The notes: generated by a model from the sequence alone, not told the origin. Positions 1 to 12,662 are shown, counted from the stretch's first letter. The stretch is 64,000 bases of DNA from Endomicrobiales bacterium (GCA_963794945.1 CAWCFT010000017.1:1-64000), one strand, 5' to 3'. Translations and numbers: made by a program.

Positions 1-69
1 GCTTGTATGTCATACCCTAAAGGGTATTTCCAATTAAATTAGTGGTTGGTCGTCTTAAGCCCAGCTCGG

Positions 70-162
70 TTGTCATCTCGAATCCGCGAATTTAATTTGT
101 CATCCCGAACGAATGTGAGGGATCTAGATTTCTCCCCGCCTCTTCGGCGGCTCGAAATGACA
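70..162. repeat. REP-like palindromes (TGTCAT...ATGACA family)
   Basis: tgtcatcccgaac...ctcgaaatgaca ends; related copies at about 1423-1504, 8753-8785, 20930-20960 and 56078-56148. Confidence 0.7.
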
Positions 163-172
163 AAAAATGAAC

Positions 173-317
173 AAAAAAACCACACCGCGCGCTGACGCAA
201 TGTGGCTCACAGTATTAAAATAATCATGTTTACGGTTTATTTCTGACCCCATGGTACCCTCGGCCTTGCTCATACAGCAACTGTTAAAATTCTATCTCTT
301 TTTGACAGGCTTTTCAA
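173..317 (-). promoter_or_regulatory. Promoter + short leader + terminator-like hairpin module, copy 1
   Basis: TTGAAA(312-317)-17bp-TAGAAT(289-294), then CCACATTGCG...GGTGTGG-T7; homologous to 23741-23860. Confidence 0.55.
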
Positions 318-463
318 GAAGAGTTTTACGGCCGCCCGAACTCTTGACGCTTATCGGAGATATGGTGTATAATTGAGGCAGTTGAAAAATGACCCGACTG
401 TCTCTGATTACACAGATTATAAAGTAGATTACACCGATTAAGACTTATCGATGTATCTGCATT

Positions 464-670
464 TTTCCTCTCCCTCGACGGGAGAGGATTGAGGTGAGGG
501 TGTTCAATATAGTGCATGGTTCGCTTAACTCCCCCTCATCCTAACCTTCTTCCTTATCGGCCCCTTTGGGCTGGCCCTCAAGGCCCAAAGTCTTACCCGC
601 CAGGGGAGAAGAAATATAAGAAATATTCGGTAACCCCCGCAGTAAGTCAAAGATCCGCCAGGGGCGGGCT
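464..670. repeat. Composite REP-like repeat (CCTCTCCC...GGGAGAGG family)
   Basis: ttcctctccctcgacgggagaggattgaggtgagggtg and following hairpins recur at 5186-5372; partial copy near 54349-54372. Confidence 0.7.
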
Positions 671-700
671 GTGAAGAATCGCCAGTTAAAAAGAGGCCTC

Positions 701-1228
701 GTGAAAACCATACTGTTGTCATTAATGCTTATCTTGCCGGCAGCGGCGGTTGTCCGCGCGGACACGGCCACCGCCATAGAAGTGGTTGACCCCGCCACGC
801 TGAGGATAGACTACAACGGCCTTGAAGAAAAGCTCCACCTTATAGGCGTTGTAACGCCCGACCAGGACGCCGACAGCAACACCCCGCCCCCCGCGGCAAA
901 CACAACGAACGGCGGCAGCACCGACACCGGCTGGTCTGCCAAGCAGGCCCTCGAGGGCGTGCAGGCCCTGGTGATCCCCGGAGACACCATCACGCTGGAA
1001 TTCGACATTGAGCAGAGGGACATGCACTACAACCTGCAGGCTTACGTCTACCTGCAGGACAAGATGAACAACACCTTCATGCTTAACAACACTATTTTTT
1101 TCCTTGGCCTCGCTGAAACCAAAGCCGACCCGCCCAACGTAAAGTATGCCACCATTTTCATCCAGTCTTCCGAAGACGCCATGAGGCACCACCGCGGCCT
1201 CTGGAAATACAAAACAAACGAGAATTAA
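701..1228 (+). CDS. Thermonuclease (SNase-like) family protein, secreted
   Basis: Signal peptide; EVVDPATL, LIGVVTP, QRDMHYNLQAYVYL and RGLW resemble the SNase fold; GTG at 701 has an AGAGG RBS; catalytic motifs look degenerate. Confidence 0.7.
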   Translation: MKTILLSLMLILPAAAVVRADTATAIEVVDPATLRIDYNGLEEKLHLIGVVTPDQDADSNTPPPAANTTNGGSTDTGWSAKQALEGVQALVIPGDTITLEFDIEQRDMHYNLQAYVYLQDKMNNTFMLNNTIFFLGLAETKADPPNVKYATIFIQSSEDAMRHHRGLWKYKTNEN

Positions 1229-1516
1229 CTTCACCTGCCGTTTACTTCAAAAACAAGAACCACACCGCGCTTACACGCAATGTGGTTATATGAAATGGCT
1301 TTGCTCCGAATTCCCCCCTCTTTTGTGCAAAGACGGGCGGGGGGAGTTCCTTAATGCTTATAACTTTTCTAACTCCCCTCGATCCCCTCTTTACAAAAGA
1401 GGGGAAGCATTTTACTCTCAGCGGATTCGAGATGACAATCACGCTGGATCAGAGATGACAATATTATTGTACTGGATTCCCGTTAGAGTCACACGGGAAT
1501 GACAATATTTTGCCGA

Positions 1517-3781
1517 TTATTCAAACATGCTGCCGATCTTAAAGCCCGAGGTGGGTTCGTTTTTTTTGCTTGCGTTGCCGCGGGTGTTGGCTTTGGGGCC
1601 CTGGCCGGGCTTTGTGTCCGGAGCGTTGCCGCCGGAGATGCGCCTTAAGGCTATCCTTTTTAGTTCGGTGTCAACTTCCAGCACTTCAACGGTAAGCGTG
1701 TCGCCTACGGAAATAACACCGTACGGGTTCTTTATGAATGTGTCGGATATCTCGGAGATGTGTATGAGGCCGTCCTGGTGGACGCCGATGTCCACAAAAA
1801 CTCCGAAGTTAGTGACGTTGGTCGCGGTGCCTTTAAGGAGCATGCCCACGTTTAAGTCCTCAAGCTCGTTTATCTCCGTCGAGAACTCAACGTTCTGGAA
1901 CGAAGTTCTGGGGTCGAGGCCTGGCTTTTTTAGTTCTTTTATTACATCTCGCAGAGTGAGTATCCCTATGTCCGCCGTCACGTACTGGTCAAGCTTGACC
2001 TGGTCCAAAAGAGCGGCGTTGGCTATTATGTCTTTAACGGTTATTTTAGCGTCGGCCGCCATTTTCTCGACGACGGGATAGGCTTCCGGGTGTATCGTTG
2101 AATAATCCAGCGGGTTGGCGGAATTCCTTATCTTTAAAAAGCCCGCGCTCTGCTCGAACACTTTCGCGGTAACCTTTGGCACTTTCTTTAACTCTTCGCG
2201 GCTGGTGAACTTGCCGTTATCGCTGCGGTATTTAACGATATTTTCCGCGGCGGCCGGGCCTATGCCGGAGACGTGGCTCAAAAGTTCCTGAGAGGCGGTG
2301 TTTAAGTCCACGCCGACGAAGTTCACACAGGAGTCGACCGTGAGGTCGAGTGACTTCTTGAGCTCTTTCTGGTTGACGTCATGCTGGTACTGGCCGACGC
2401 CTATGGCTTTGGGGTCGATCTTGATAAGTTCCGCGAGCGGGTCCTGTAAGCGGTGAGCGATCGATATCGCTCCGCGGGCGGTGAGGTCCAGGTCCGGGTA
2501 CTCTTTACCCGCGAGCTCGGAGGCCGAATACACCGACGCGCCGGCCTCACTGACCATTACGACGTTTATTTTTTTGTTATGTTTTTTGAGCAGCTCCTTA
2601 AGGAAACTGTATATCTCTTTTGAGGCCGTGCCGTTGCCGACGGCGATAAGTTCGGGCTCGTACTCGAGCACAAGGTCCATGAAGACAGCTTCCGAGCCCA
2701 CGTAATCGTTCTCGGGGGGCGTCGGGTATATAGTGGAAAATTCTTTGAAGTCGCCCTTCTCGTCAACGACGGCGAGCTTACAGCCCGTGCGGTATCCCGG
2801 ATCGACGCCTATCGTGATCTTCGAGCCCGCGGGCGGCGCGAGAAGCAGGTTCTGCAGGTTCTTTGAGAATACGCTGATCGCTTCTTCCTCGGCGCGGGCG
2901 ATGTTCTGCATGAATATCTCAACCTGGATGGAGGTCGCCATGAGCCTCGTGTAGGCGTCGGCCACGGCGTCTTCAAGCTCCAGCTTGAAAAGCAGTTTTG
3001 GGTTCTTGACTATCGAATGCTTTATCGTGTCTATAACATAATCGTTGTCGACGACTATCTTCCAGGAGAGCACTTCCTCTTTTGTGCCGCGGCGTATGGC
3101 CAAAAGCCTGTGCGACGGCGAGTTCTTTATAAGCTCGGAAATATCGTAATAGGTGCTGTACTTTGTCTTTACCTCTTTGAAATTCGGCCTGGGCGTAGAC
3201 TGTATGAGGCCCTTGTCCGCGATGTAGCTCCTTATCCAGCCGCGGATGGCCGCGGAATCGGCGACGCGTTCGGCGATGATGTCTTTTGCGCCGGCAACCG
3301 CTTCCTTGTAGTCCGCGACGCCTTTCTCGGCGTTGATGAACGGAGCTACCAGCTCCTCTTTGGTTTTCCCGCCGGTTTCCTGGCCCGCGAGAATGTTGGC
3401 AAGGGGGCCGAGGCCTTTGTCTTTGGCTGTAGTCGCGCGCGTCTTGTACTTGGGCTTGTATGGCAGGTATATATCTTCGAGCGCCGTTTTGTCGACGCAC
3501 TCGAGTATCTTTTTCTTTAGCTCCGCCGTCATCTTCTTCTGCGCTTCTATGCTCTTAATGATGGCGGCCTTGCGGGCTTCCATCTCGCGGTAGTATTCCA
3601 CGCGCTCGGATATCTTCCTTATCATCACTTCGTCCATGTTGCCGGTCTTTTCTTTGCGGTAACGCGCGATGAACGGGATAGTGGCCCCGCCTTCCAGAAG
3701 CACTATCGCGTTGACCACGAAATCAAGCGGCTGGCCGACATCCTTCTGAACGCTGTTGACTAAAAAATGCACGCCTTCCAT
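1517..3781 (-). CDS. tex: Tex-family RNA-binding transcriptional accessory protein
   Basis: GATIPFIARYRKEKTG, GVDPGYRTGCK, IGVGQYQHDV, HhH motifs, C-terminal S1 domain. Confidence 0.95.
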   Translation of the reverse strand: MEGVHFLVNSVQKDVGQPLDFVVNAIVLLEGGATIPFIARYRKEKTGNMDEVMIRKISERVEYYREMEARKAAIIKSIEAQKKMTAELKKKILECVDKTALEDIYLPYKPKYKTRATTAKDKGLGPLANILAGQETGGKTKEELVAPFINAEKGVADYKEAVAGAKDIIAERVADSAAIRGWIRSYIADKGLIQSTPRPNFKEVKTKYSTYYDISELIKNSPSHRLLAIRRGTKEEVLSWKIVVDNDYVIDTIKHSIVKNPKLLFKLELEDAVADAYTRLMATSIQVEIFMQNIARAEEEAISVFSKNLQNLLLAPPAGSKITIGVDPGYRTGCKLAVVDEKGDFKEFSTIYPTPPENDYVGSEAVFMDLVLEYEPELIAVGNGTASKEIYSFLKELLKKHNKKINVVMVSEAGASVYSASELAGKEYPDLDLTARGAISIAHRLQDPLAELIKIDPKAIGVGQYQHDVNQKELKKSLDLTVDSCVNFVGVDLNTASQELLSHVSGIGPAAAENIVKYRSDNGKFTSREELKKVPKVTAKVFEQSAGFLKIRNSANPLDYSTIHPEAYPVVEKMAADAKITVKDIIANAALLDQVKLDQYVTADIGILTLRDVIKELKKPGLDPRTSFQNVEFSTEINELEDLNVGMLLKGTATNVTNFGVFVDIGVHQDGLIHISEISDTFIKNPYGVISVGDTLTVEVLEVDTELKRIALRRISGGNAPDTKPGQGPKANTRGNASKKNEPTSGFKIGSMFE

Positions 3782-3909
3782 AATTTAAACTCCTATATAT
3801 TTAAAGGTTCGTTCGCTGTGATGTGTGATATTTTATCATATTTGAAGGCTCCGCACCAAACCCCGTCGGAAAAACAAATTTGACATGATAAAATCAATAA
3901 GATAAAATT

Positions 3910-4599
3910 GTGCTTGAGATGAAACAGGTCAACACAATATTATTTTCCGACGTCCACCTGGGCTCGCCTATCGCGCGGGCTTTCGACCTGCTTGGCACCC
4001 TCAAGGAATACCACTTCAAAAAACTAATAATCGTAGGCGATATGTTCGAGGACCTCAACTTCAAGCACCTGACCAGCACCCACTGGGAGCTCCTGGAGCA
4101 CATAGGCAAGGTGTCGCGCAGGGGAGTGGACGTTGTTTGGGTGGAAGGCAACCACGACGGGAAGTTTTTGGAGTTCATGTCGCACATGCTGGGCATACCT
4201 TCGCGCAACGAGTACTCGTGGGAAGTGGGCGGCAGGAAGTTCATCGCGCTACACGGCCACAAGTTCGATAACTTCCTCTCGGGCAACCCGTTCCTTGGAA
4301 GGTTCGCCGCAGAGGCTTACTCGTTAGTGCAGAGGACGATATCGTCCACTTTTATAAGCTTCCTTTCCGACAGGATAGCCGACCGCTGGCAGAGGCTGTC
4401 GGAACAGGTTGCGGACATGGCGTTAGCCTACTGCAAGAAAAAAGGCGCCGACGCCATAATATGCGGGCACACCCACTTTGTTTACCACCTGATGAAAGAC
4501 AACGTAGAATACTACAACCTCGCCAGCTGGATAGCGAAACCCTCGTACATACTTGTGGTGGAAGAAAACGGAAACTCACATTTCGAGGTCATACCCTGA
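3910..4599 (+). CDS. Metallophosphoesterase, LpxH-like UDP-2,3-diacylglucosamine diphosphatase family
   Basis: SDVHLG, GD, GNHD, HG and CGHTH motifs. Confidence 0.8.
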   Translation: MLEMKQVNTILFSDVHLGSPIARAFDLLGTLKEYHFKKLIIVGDMFEDLNFKHLTSTHWELLEHIGKVSRRGVDVVWVEGNHDGKFLEFMSHMLGIPSRNEYSWEVGGRKFIALHGHKFDNFLSGNPFLGRFAAEAYSLVQRTISSTFISFLSDRIADRWQRLSEQVADMALAYCKKKGADAIICGHTHFVYHLMKDNVEYYNLASWIAKPSYILVVEENGNSHFEVIP

Positions 4600-4677
4600 C
4601 CGGCAATTCCCTCCTTGCTAAACAACTGTTAAAAATGTAGAATTCTAAACAAAAAGCCCGTTCGGCCGAGAGCAGCC

Positions 4678-5112
4678 ATGGAAAACAACTCCGAAAAAGA
4701 AACCCGCAAGTTCATAAGGCACGAAGCCGGCCTGCCGATAGAAGTGGGCCTGGGCGACCTCGTCGCGCACAAAAAGGAATACCTTAACAACATAAGTTTC
4801 GGCGGGCTGTCTTTCAAGTCGAAAGAGAACGTTGAAAAGGGCACGGTGATCAAGATAAGGATACCGCTGGTGCGCCCGATGTTCGAGGCCACGGGAAAGG
4901 TGGCCTGGTGCAGGAAAGAGAACGACATATATAACGTGGGCGTCCAGTTCGTCACGCCCGCCGACGGGTTTAAGATGAGGATGCTCGAGCAGATATGCCA
5001 CATTGAGACCTACAAGAAAGAAGTGCGGAAAAAAGAGGGGCGCCGCATAACCGGCGAAGCCGCCGCCATAGAATGGATAAACAAGTACGCGGCCAAGTTC
5101 CCGAAAGACTAA
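4678..5112 (+). CDS. PilZ-domain protein
   Basis: RxxxR (RKFIR) and NISFGGL motifs. Confidence 0.85.
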   Translation: MENNSEKETRKFIRHEAGLPIEVGLGDLVAHKKEYLNNISFGGLSFKSKENVEKGTVIKIRIPLVRPMFEATGKVAWCRKENDIYNVGVQFVTPADGFKMRMLEQICHIETYKKEVRKKEGRRITGEAAAIEWINKYAAKFPKD

Positions 5113-5185
5113 GAAAACTTAAAGACCAAATATCAAGAATGAACCTCACCCAGCAAGCTGGGCGGTATCAGATGTATTCTGTCGT

Positions 5186-5372
5186 TCTTCCTCTCCATCG
5201 ACGGGAGAGGATTGAGGTGAGGGTGAGCGTGACAACTACAACTTTTATTAAGCCCCCTCATCCCCCACCTTCTCCCCCGGAACTTCACGTGGCCCAATGG
5301 CTTACCCACAAGGGGAGAAGATATAATCGGTAACCAACCGCAAGTCGAGGATCTGCCGGTTTGTTGGCGGGC
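5186..5372. repeat. Composite REP-like repeat, second copy
   Basis: Homologous to 464-670. Confidence 0.7.
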
Positions 5373-5501
5373 AAGGCGGAATTGTCAAGTTAAAATAACT
5401 CGCCAAAGGCGGCCAATCATTGATGCCGCTCCCTTTAGATTTTAGAAATGTATATTTTATATTTGATTCTTGATTTTTAACAGTCTTTTGCCGGAGGGGA
5501 C

Positions 5502-8058
5502 TTGCAGAAACACCTGGACATCGAATCCATCAAGGGCTTATCCGACGAAGAAGCCGGCCGGAAGCTTTTGGCCGACGGGCCGAACGAGCTGCCCAGTTCC
5601 CGCCGAAGGACCGGCCTCAAGATAGCCTTCGACGTTTTCTGCGAGCCGATGTTCCTGCTGCTCGCGGCCTGCGGCGCGCTGTACCTTTTTATCGGCGACA
5701 TACACGAAGCGGTAATGCTGCTCAGCTTTGTTTTCGTGATAATGGGCATCGCCCTTTACCAGGAGGGCAAGACCGAGCGGGCCCTAGAAGCGCTAAAGGA
5801 CCTGTCCAGCCCGCGGGCCCTCGTCATCCGCCTGCGGCTCGCCAGATAAGGATAGCCGGGCGCGAGGTTGTCAGGGGCGACATTATACTGCTTGCCGAAG
5901 GCGACCGCGTGCCCGCGGATTCCATATTATTATCCTGCATAAACCTCGCGGCTGACGAGTCGCTCTTGACCGGCGAATCGGTTTCCGTAAGAAAGCTTTC
6001 CTGCGAAGCCGACGCGCCCATGAAGCGGCCGGGCGGAGACGGGCTTCCTTTTGTATACTCGGGCACGCTTATAGTCAAAGGCCAGGGCGTGGCGCGGGTT
6101 GAGGAGACCGGAACAAGGACGGAGATAGGAAAGATAGGCAAGGCCCTCCAAAAACTCGAGCCCGAACGCACCCTCGTGCAGAAAGAGACCGAGAAGCTGG
6201 TCAGGAACATAGCGGCTTTCGGCGGAGTGCTCTGCGCGCTCGCTGTCGTAATATACGGGTTCACACGGCACGACTGGCTGCACGGCTTTTTGGCCGGCAT
6301 AACGCTAGCGATGGCGACCCTGCCGGAAGAGTTCCCGGTTGTGCTGACGGTATTTTTCGCGCTGGGCGCGTGGCGGATATCGAAACACAACGTGCTCACG
6401 CGCAGGGTTTCGGCCATAGAGACACTGGGCGCGGCGACGGTTCTCTGCGTAGACAAGACAGGCACGCTGACTCTTAACAGGATGGCCGTTGACACGGTAT
6501 ACGCCGACGGAAAATACTACAAGATGGGTGGGCACGCGGAAGGCCCGATGCCTGAAACTTTCCACCAGGTGACCGAGTTCGCCATACTCGCTAGCCAGCA
6601 GAACCCTTTCGACCCGATGGAAAAAGCCTTGAAAGAGCTTGGCGAGTCCAAGCTTGCCGAGACCGAGCACATACATAATAACTGGACGCTTATAACCGAG
6701 TACCCGCTCGACGCGGGCCTGCTCGCGATGTCGAGGGTGTGGAAATCCCCGGACGGGCGCGACTACATCATCGCCTCAAAGGGCGCGCCGGAAGCGGTGA
6801 TGGACCTCTGCCACATCGACGGCGAACGGGCGGGCGGGCTGATGGGGCAGGCGAAAGCGCTCGCCGCCAAAGGGCTGCGCGTCCTCGGCGTGGCTAAGTC
6901 CGCTTTTAGGGAGGCCGACCTGCCCGGCGGCCAGCACGACTTCGTTTTTGAGTTCCTCGGCTTCATGGGTTTTGAAGACCCGGTGAGGCCGGGCGTAAAG
7001 GAAGCGATACGCGAATGCCACAAGGCCGGCATAAGGGTGATAATGATAACCGGCGACTACCCGGCAACAGCGCAGAAGATAGCTATGGAGATCGGCCTTA
7101 ATTCCGCAAGCGAGATGATGACGGGCGCCGAGCTGGAGCAAATGACGGACGAAGAACTTGGGGAGAAGATAGGCCGCGTGAACATCTTCGCGAGGGCGGT
7201 GCCCGAGCAGAAGTTAAAGATAATAAAGGCGCTGAAACTTAACGGCGAGGTGGTCGCTATGACGGGCGACGGCGTCAACGATGCCCCGGCCCTTAAGGCC
7301 GCCGACATTGGCATAGCGATGGGCAGCCGGGCACGGACGTCGCGAGGGAATCGTCGGCGCTTGTGCTCGTAGACGACGACTTTACGTCGATAGTCAGCGC
7401 GGCAAAGATGGGCCGCAGGATTTTCGATAACCTAAAGAAAGCCATGTCCTACATTTTCGCGGTGCACGTGCCTATAGCCGGGATGTCGCTTATACCGATA
7501 CTGTTCAAGTGGCCGCTAGTGTTCCTGCCGGTGCACATCGTGTTCCTGGAACTTATAATCGACCCCGCGTGCTCGGTGGTTTTCGAGGCCGAGCCCGAAG
7601 AACCGGGCATAATGGGCGCCTCGCCGAGGAAATGCGGCGAACACCTTTTCGGCAGGAAGACCGTCATGTTCAGCCTCCTGCAGGGGTTCGGCGTGCTCAT
7701 GATAGTCTTGGCTACATTTTATTTTTCGCTGACAAAGGGGCAGGGCGAGATGGAAGCGAGGGCCATGGCGTTTACAACAATGATATTCGCTAACTTGGGC
7801 CTGATACTTACCAACCGGTCGTGGTCCACCACGATAATAGGCACGATACGGACGAAGAACACGGCGCTGTGGCTGGTGATATCGGGCGCGGTACTTTTTC
7901 TGGGGCTTACTTTGTCAATACAGCCGCTGAGAACCCTTTTCCATTTCGATATTTTACCAACGCAGAACGTGCTGCTGTGCCTGGCGGGCGGAGTTTTGAG
8001 CATAGCCTGGTTCGAAGTCCTCAAAGTAGTTAACAAACACAGGAAAGTTATTATATAA
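5502..8058 (+). CDS. Cation-transporting P-type ATPase (type II), split into three ORFs by two frameshifts
   Basis: GPNEL, DESLLTGES, PEEFP, DKTGTLT, TGD, GDGVNDAPALK motifs across 5502-5849, 5909-7372 and 7363-8058. Confidence 0.9.
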
Positions 8059-8075
8059 TATATGCGGAGGCAGTT

Positions 8076-8690
8076 TTGGAAAACCTATTAAGCTACGTGC
8101 TAAACCTTGCCGATAACCCTTTCACGCTCTTCGCGGTGTTGTTTGGCGGCGCGCTGATCAACACTTTCTTCCCGCCGGTCCCGATAGAGTTCGGCGCGGT
8201 GTTCGCGGGGTACCTCTCCAGCGAAGGGCACGGCTCGATGCTTGTGATAATTTCAGCCACGACGCTGGGCATGTTCACGGGAAGCGTGATATTCCACAAG
8301 GTGGTGAAACGCTACGGGACCGCGATGCTCAAGAGGTCTTTCCTCGACAAGTTCGTCAACGAGAAAATGCTCCTGCGCACGGAGATCTGGCTTGAGAAGT
8401 ACGGCGCGATCTCGCTGTTCGTGGCGAAGCTTATACCCGGAATGTATTTTTGCGCCGTTATAGCGAGCGCGCTTCTTTCGCTTAAGCAAACCAGGCTCTA
8501 CGTCGGATTTTTTCTGGCGAGCCTCGCGGGCTTTACGGTGCACGCCTACATAGGCAAGCTGGCGGGGGAGAACTGGCGGGTAGTTTACGCGGCGATAGGC
8601 GAGACAGGCGGGATAATAATAGTTACAGCCATCATAGTCGCCGCCCTGACGTATTTAATAATGAGGTTTTCCAAAAGATCCAACCCCTAA
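8076..8690 (+). CDS. DedA-family membrane protein
   Basis: FPPVPIE, G-rich TM segments, KYG...FVAKLIPG. Confidence 0.8.
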   Translation: MENLLSYVLNLADNPFTLFAVLFGGALINTFFPPVPIEFGAVFAGYLSSEGHGSMLVIISATTLGMFTGSVIFHKVVKRYGTAMLKRSFLDKFVNEKMLLRTEIWLEKYGAISLFVAKLIPGMYFCAVIASALLSLKQTRLYVGFFLASLAGFTVHAYIGKLAGENWRVVYAAIGETGGIIIVTAIIVAALTYLIMRFSKRSNP

Positions 8691-8709
8691 GCATAATGTG
8701 CCATAAAAT

Positions 8710-8745
8710 AAAAAAGACAAGCCGTTCAACGAGCTTGTCTTTTTT
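8710..8745. terminator. Bidirectional intrinsic terminator
   Basis: A-tract, gacaagc-loop-gcttgtc, T-tract between convergent genes. Confidence 0.75.
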
Positions 8746-8820
8746 ATTGTTTTGTCATTCCCGAGGTCGTTATCGAAAATCCATCTCGCAAGCCCAGCTC
8801 CTACGGCAAAGAAACGCTCT

Positions 8821-9757
8821 CTAAAACTCCAAGTTCGGCTGAAGGATGAACTGGAACAGCGAGCCGTTGCCCGGGCGCGCAAGGGGCCCCGTGTACTTGT
8901 CGGAAGCGTCCCAGATGAAGCCGGTGCTGATGCTTAGCGCCGCGCGGATCTTCTTGCCGAGCGGCATTTTTTTATTTATCCTGAAATAGTGCTCAATTAC
9001 CTGCCCGGTTGTGTTATCCACGTCAACAGTATATTCGACGCCGCTGTTCTTGAGGAATGACAGGTTAAAAATGCCGTAATCGAGCCTGTCTCGCAATACC
9101 GAGAAATACAGAACGTTTTTTATGTACGCATTGCTGTGGAACTTGCCGCCTATCCTTAAGCTCCAGTTAATTTTGTTCTCAACGTTCACCTTGTCTCCCT
9201 TGAACTTGAGCTCGGCCTCGAACCAGTTGTCGTCGATGAGAATGTTGTCCTTTATGTGGTAGTCCCCGAAGCTAAAGAGCGCGCCTATATAGCCTTTCCC
9301 CTCGCAGGCTTTGACCCCCGGCGGGCTGTAGCTTATGACATTGCCGAAAAAAAGCGAGGCCGCCCAGGGCTCTTCGAAACCGGCCGTGGCGCCCTGGATA
9401 AAATTGTACGTAGGAGTTACGTAAGCCCTGTTGTAGAGGTCAAGCTCGTTTTTTCTAAGGAAAACACCGAGACAGGGCGCCGGGTTCACGCTTACCTCGG
9501 CCACGAGGAACCTCGGCCTGGGAGATAGGATGAGCTGCTTGTAGACATCAAGCTCGTTCTTTTCATCGATGCAGGGTATTGGGGAATTGGTAAGCGGTAT
9601 GTAGTAATCCAGCGATGAATAGTATGTACCGAGCTCGATCTCCACTTCGCCGTTGTTAATGTCTTTCTTGTAAACGGAACGGGCCCAGAGCGGCCCCGCC
9701 CGCCGCAAAGAAAATAAAGGCGGCAAGCAGTACTGCGGTTGTTTTTATTATTGGCAT
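8821..9757 (-). CDS. Hypothetical outer-membrane protein; probable frameshift in the signal region
   Basis: ORF 8821-9726 ends in F with amphipathic beta-type segments; an upstream ATG at 9757 would supply a signal peptide. Confidence 0.5.
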
Positions 9758-9782
9758 TTAGAACCGGTCTAAAGAACGTATT

Positions 9783-11053
<1,271 letters not shown>

Positions 11054-11149
11054 TTGAACCCCTTAGATGCAGTTTTAAGCAATAAGCTGTAAGCCGTAAG
11101 AAAATCTTTTCTTAAAACTTATAACTTAAAGCTTATAGCTGATTATTTT

Positions 11150-12571
11150 TTATCCTTTTATTACACCCAGCGGTTTTAACCGCGCTACTTTTTTCGCTAT
11201 GTCGGCCATCTCGCAGACGCCAACGACTTCCGAAACGTCTTTGTACGCGGCAGGCGCTTCTTCGGCAAGCGTCTTCCATGAGTCCGACCTCACTATTATA
11301 CCTTTCTTTTCGAGGGCGCCCGCAACTTCCTGGCCCCGGGCGTTTTTCAACGCTTGCGTGCGGCTCATGACCCGGCCCGCGCCGTGGCAGACCGAACCCC
11401 AGGTTCTCTCCATCGCCTGGCCGGTCCCTACGAGCACCCAGGATTCCGTCCCCATCGTGCCCGGCACAAGCACCGGCTGCCCGCACGAGCGGTATCCTTC
11501 CGGTATTTCATTGCTCCCCGCCGGGAACGTCCTTGTGGCGCCCTTGCGGTGGACGAGGAGATTTCTGCCTTTGTGCTCTTCGAACTTACCTATATTATGG
11601 GCTACATCATATACAACGTCAAGGCCAAGTTCAGCGGGGTTGAGTTCCAGCGTCTTCATCACAGCCTGCCTCGCCCGGTAAGTGATCATCTGCCGGTTGG
11701 CCCACGCGTAGTTTGCGGCGCAGGCCATGGCGGAATAATACTTTTTGCCTTCGGGTGAGTTCACCGGCGCGCACGAGAGCTGGGGGTCGGCAATATTTAT
11801 ACCATATTTCTTGACCGCTGTCTTCATATGCCTTATGTAATCGTCGCAGACCTGGTAGCCGAACCCGCGCGAGCCGGTGTGAATCATTATCGTCACCTGG
11901 CCATCGAAAAGCCCGAAAACAGAAGCGGTTTCTTTGTCAAAAACTTTGTCCACCACCTGTATCTCGAGGAAATGGTTGCCCGCGCCGAGGGTGCCGAGCT
12001 GCTCCCTTCCGCGCTCGAGAGATTTCGGGCTGACGGCTTCCGGGTCGGCGCCTTTCATCGCGCCTTCTTCTTCGGTGTATTTTAAGTCCCGCGCCTCGCC
12101 GTAACCTTTATTTACGGCCCAGGCCGCGCCTTTTTCCATTACGCCGCGCATGTCTCCCTGAGAGAGGTTGAGCGCGCTCGTGGAGCCCACGCCGGAGGGG
12201 ATGTCCAGAAAAAGTTCTGCGATCGTTTCTTTTACCTTGTCGGTTATATCGCTTTTGTAGAGGTTGGTCCGCAGAAGCCTCACGCCGCAGTTGATGTCGT
12301 ACCCTATCCCGCCCGGCGATATCACGCCCTTTTCAGTATCGAACGCGGCGACGCCACCAATGGGAAAACCGTATCCCCAGTGGATGTCCGGCATCGCGAG
12401 CGACTTATCCACTATGCCTGGCAGCATGGCGACGTTGGCCACCTGGTCCGCGGCCTTCTCGGCGATGACGTTCTCTATGAGTTTTTCGGAAGAGTATATG
12501 AAGCCCGGAACATTCATGTTCCCGGCTCTGGGAATTTCCCAGAGATATTCGGTGACTTTATTCAACTTCAT
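11150..12571 (-). CDS. rtcB: RNA ligase RtcB
   Basis: MPDIHWGYGFPIGG, GYDINCG, GNHFLE, HRKGAT, HGAGR. Confidence 0.97.
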   Translation of the reverse strand: MKLNKVTEYLWEIPRAGNMNVPGFIYSSEKLIENVIAEKAADQVANVAMLPGIVDKSLAMPDIHWGYGFPIGGVAAFDTEKGVISPGGIGYDINCGVRLLRTNLYKSDITDKVKETIAELFLDIPSGVGSTSALNLSQGDMRGVMEKGAAWAVNKGYGEARDLKYTEEEGAMKGADPEAVSPKSLERGREQLGTLGAGNHFLEIQVVDKVFDKETASVFGLFDGQVTIMIHTGSRGFGYQVCDDYIRHMKTAVKKYGINIADPQLSCAPVNSPEGKKYYSAMACAANYAWANRQMITYRARQAVMKTLELNPAELGLDVVYDVAHNIGKFEEHKGRNLLVHRKGATRTFPAGSNEIPEGYRSCGQPVLVPGTMGTESWVLVGTGQAMERTWGSVCHGAGRVMSRTQALKNARGQEVAGALEKKGIIVRSDSWKTLAEEAPAAYKDVSEVVGVCEMADIAKKVARLKPLGVIKG

Positions 12572-12612
12572 ACCAAAATTATACTTAATTATCCGTCATT
12601 AAAGCAAAATAA

Positions 12613-12641
12613 AAAAGCAGTCATTATTAACGACTGCTTTT
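12613..12641 (-). terminator. Intrinsic terminator downstream of tRNA-Glu
   Basis: aaaagcagtc-9nt-gactgctttt inverted repeat. Confidence 0.75.
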
Positions 12642-12662
12642 GTTGCTTTTGCTATTCAAGTT

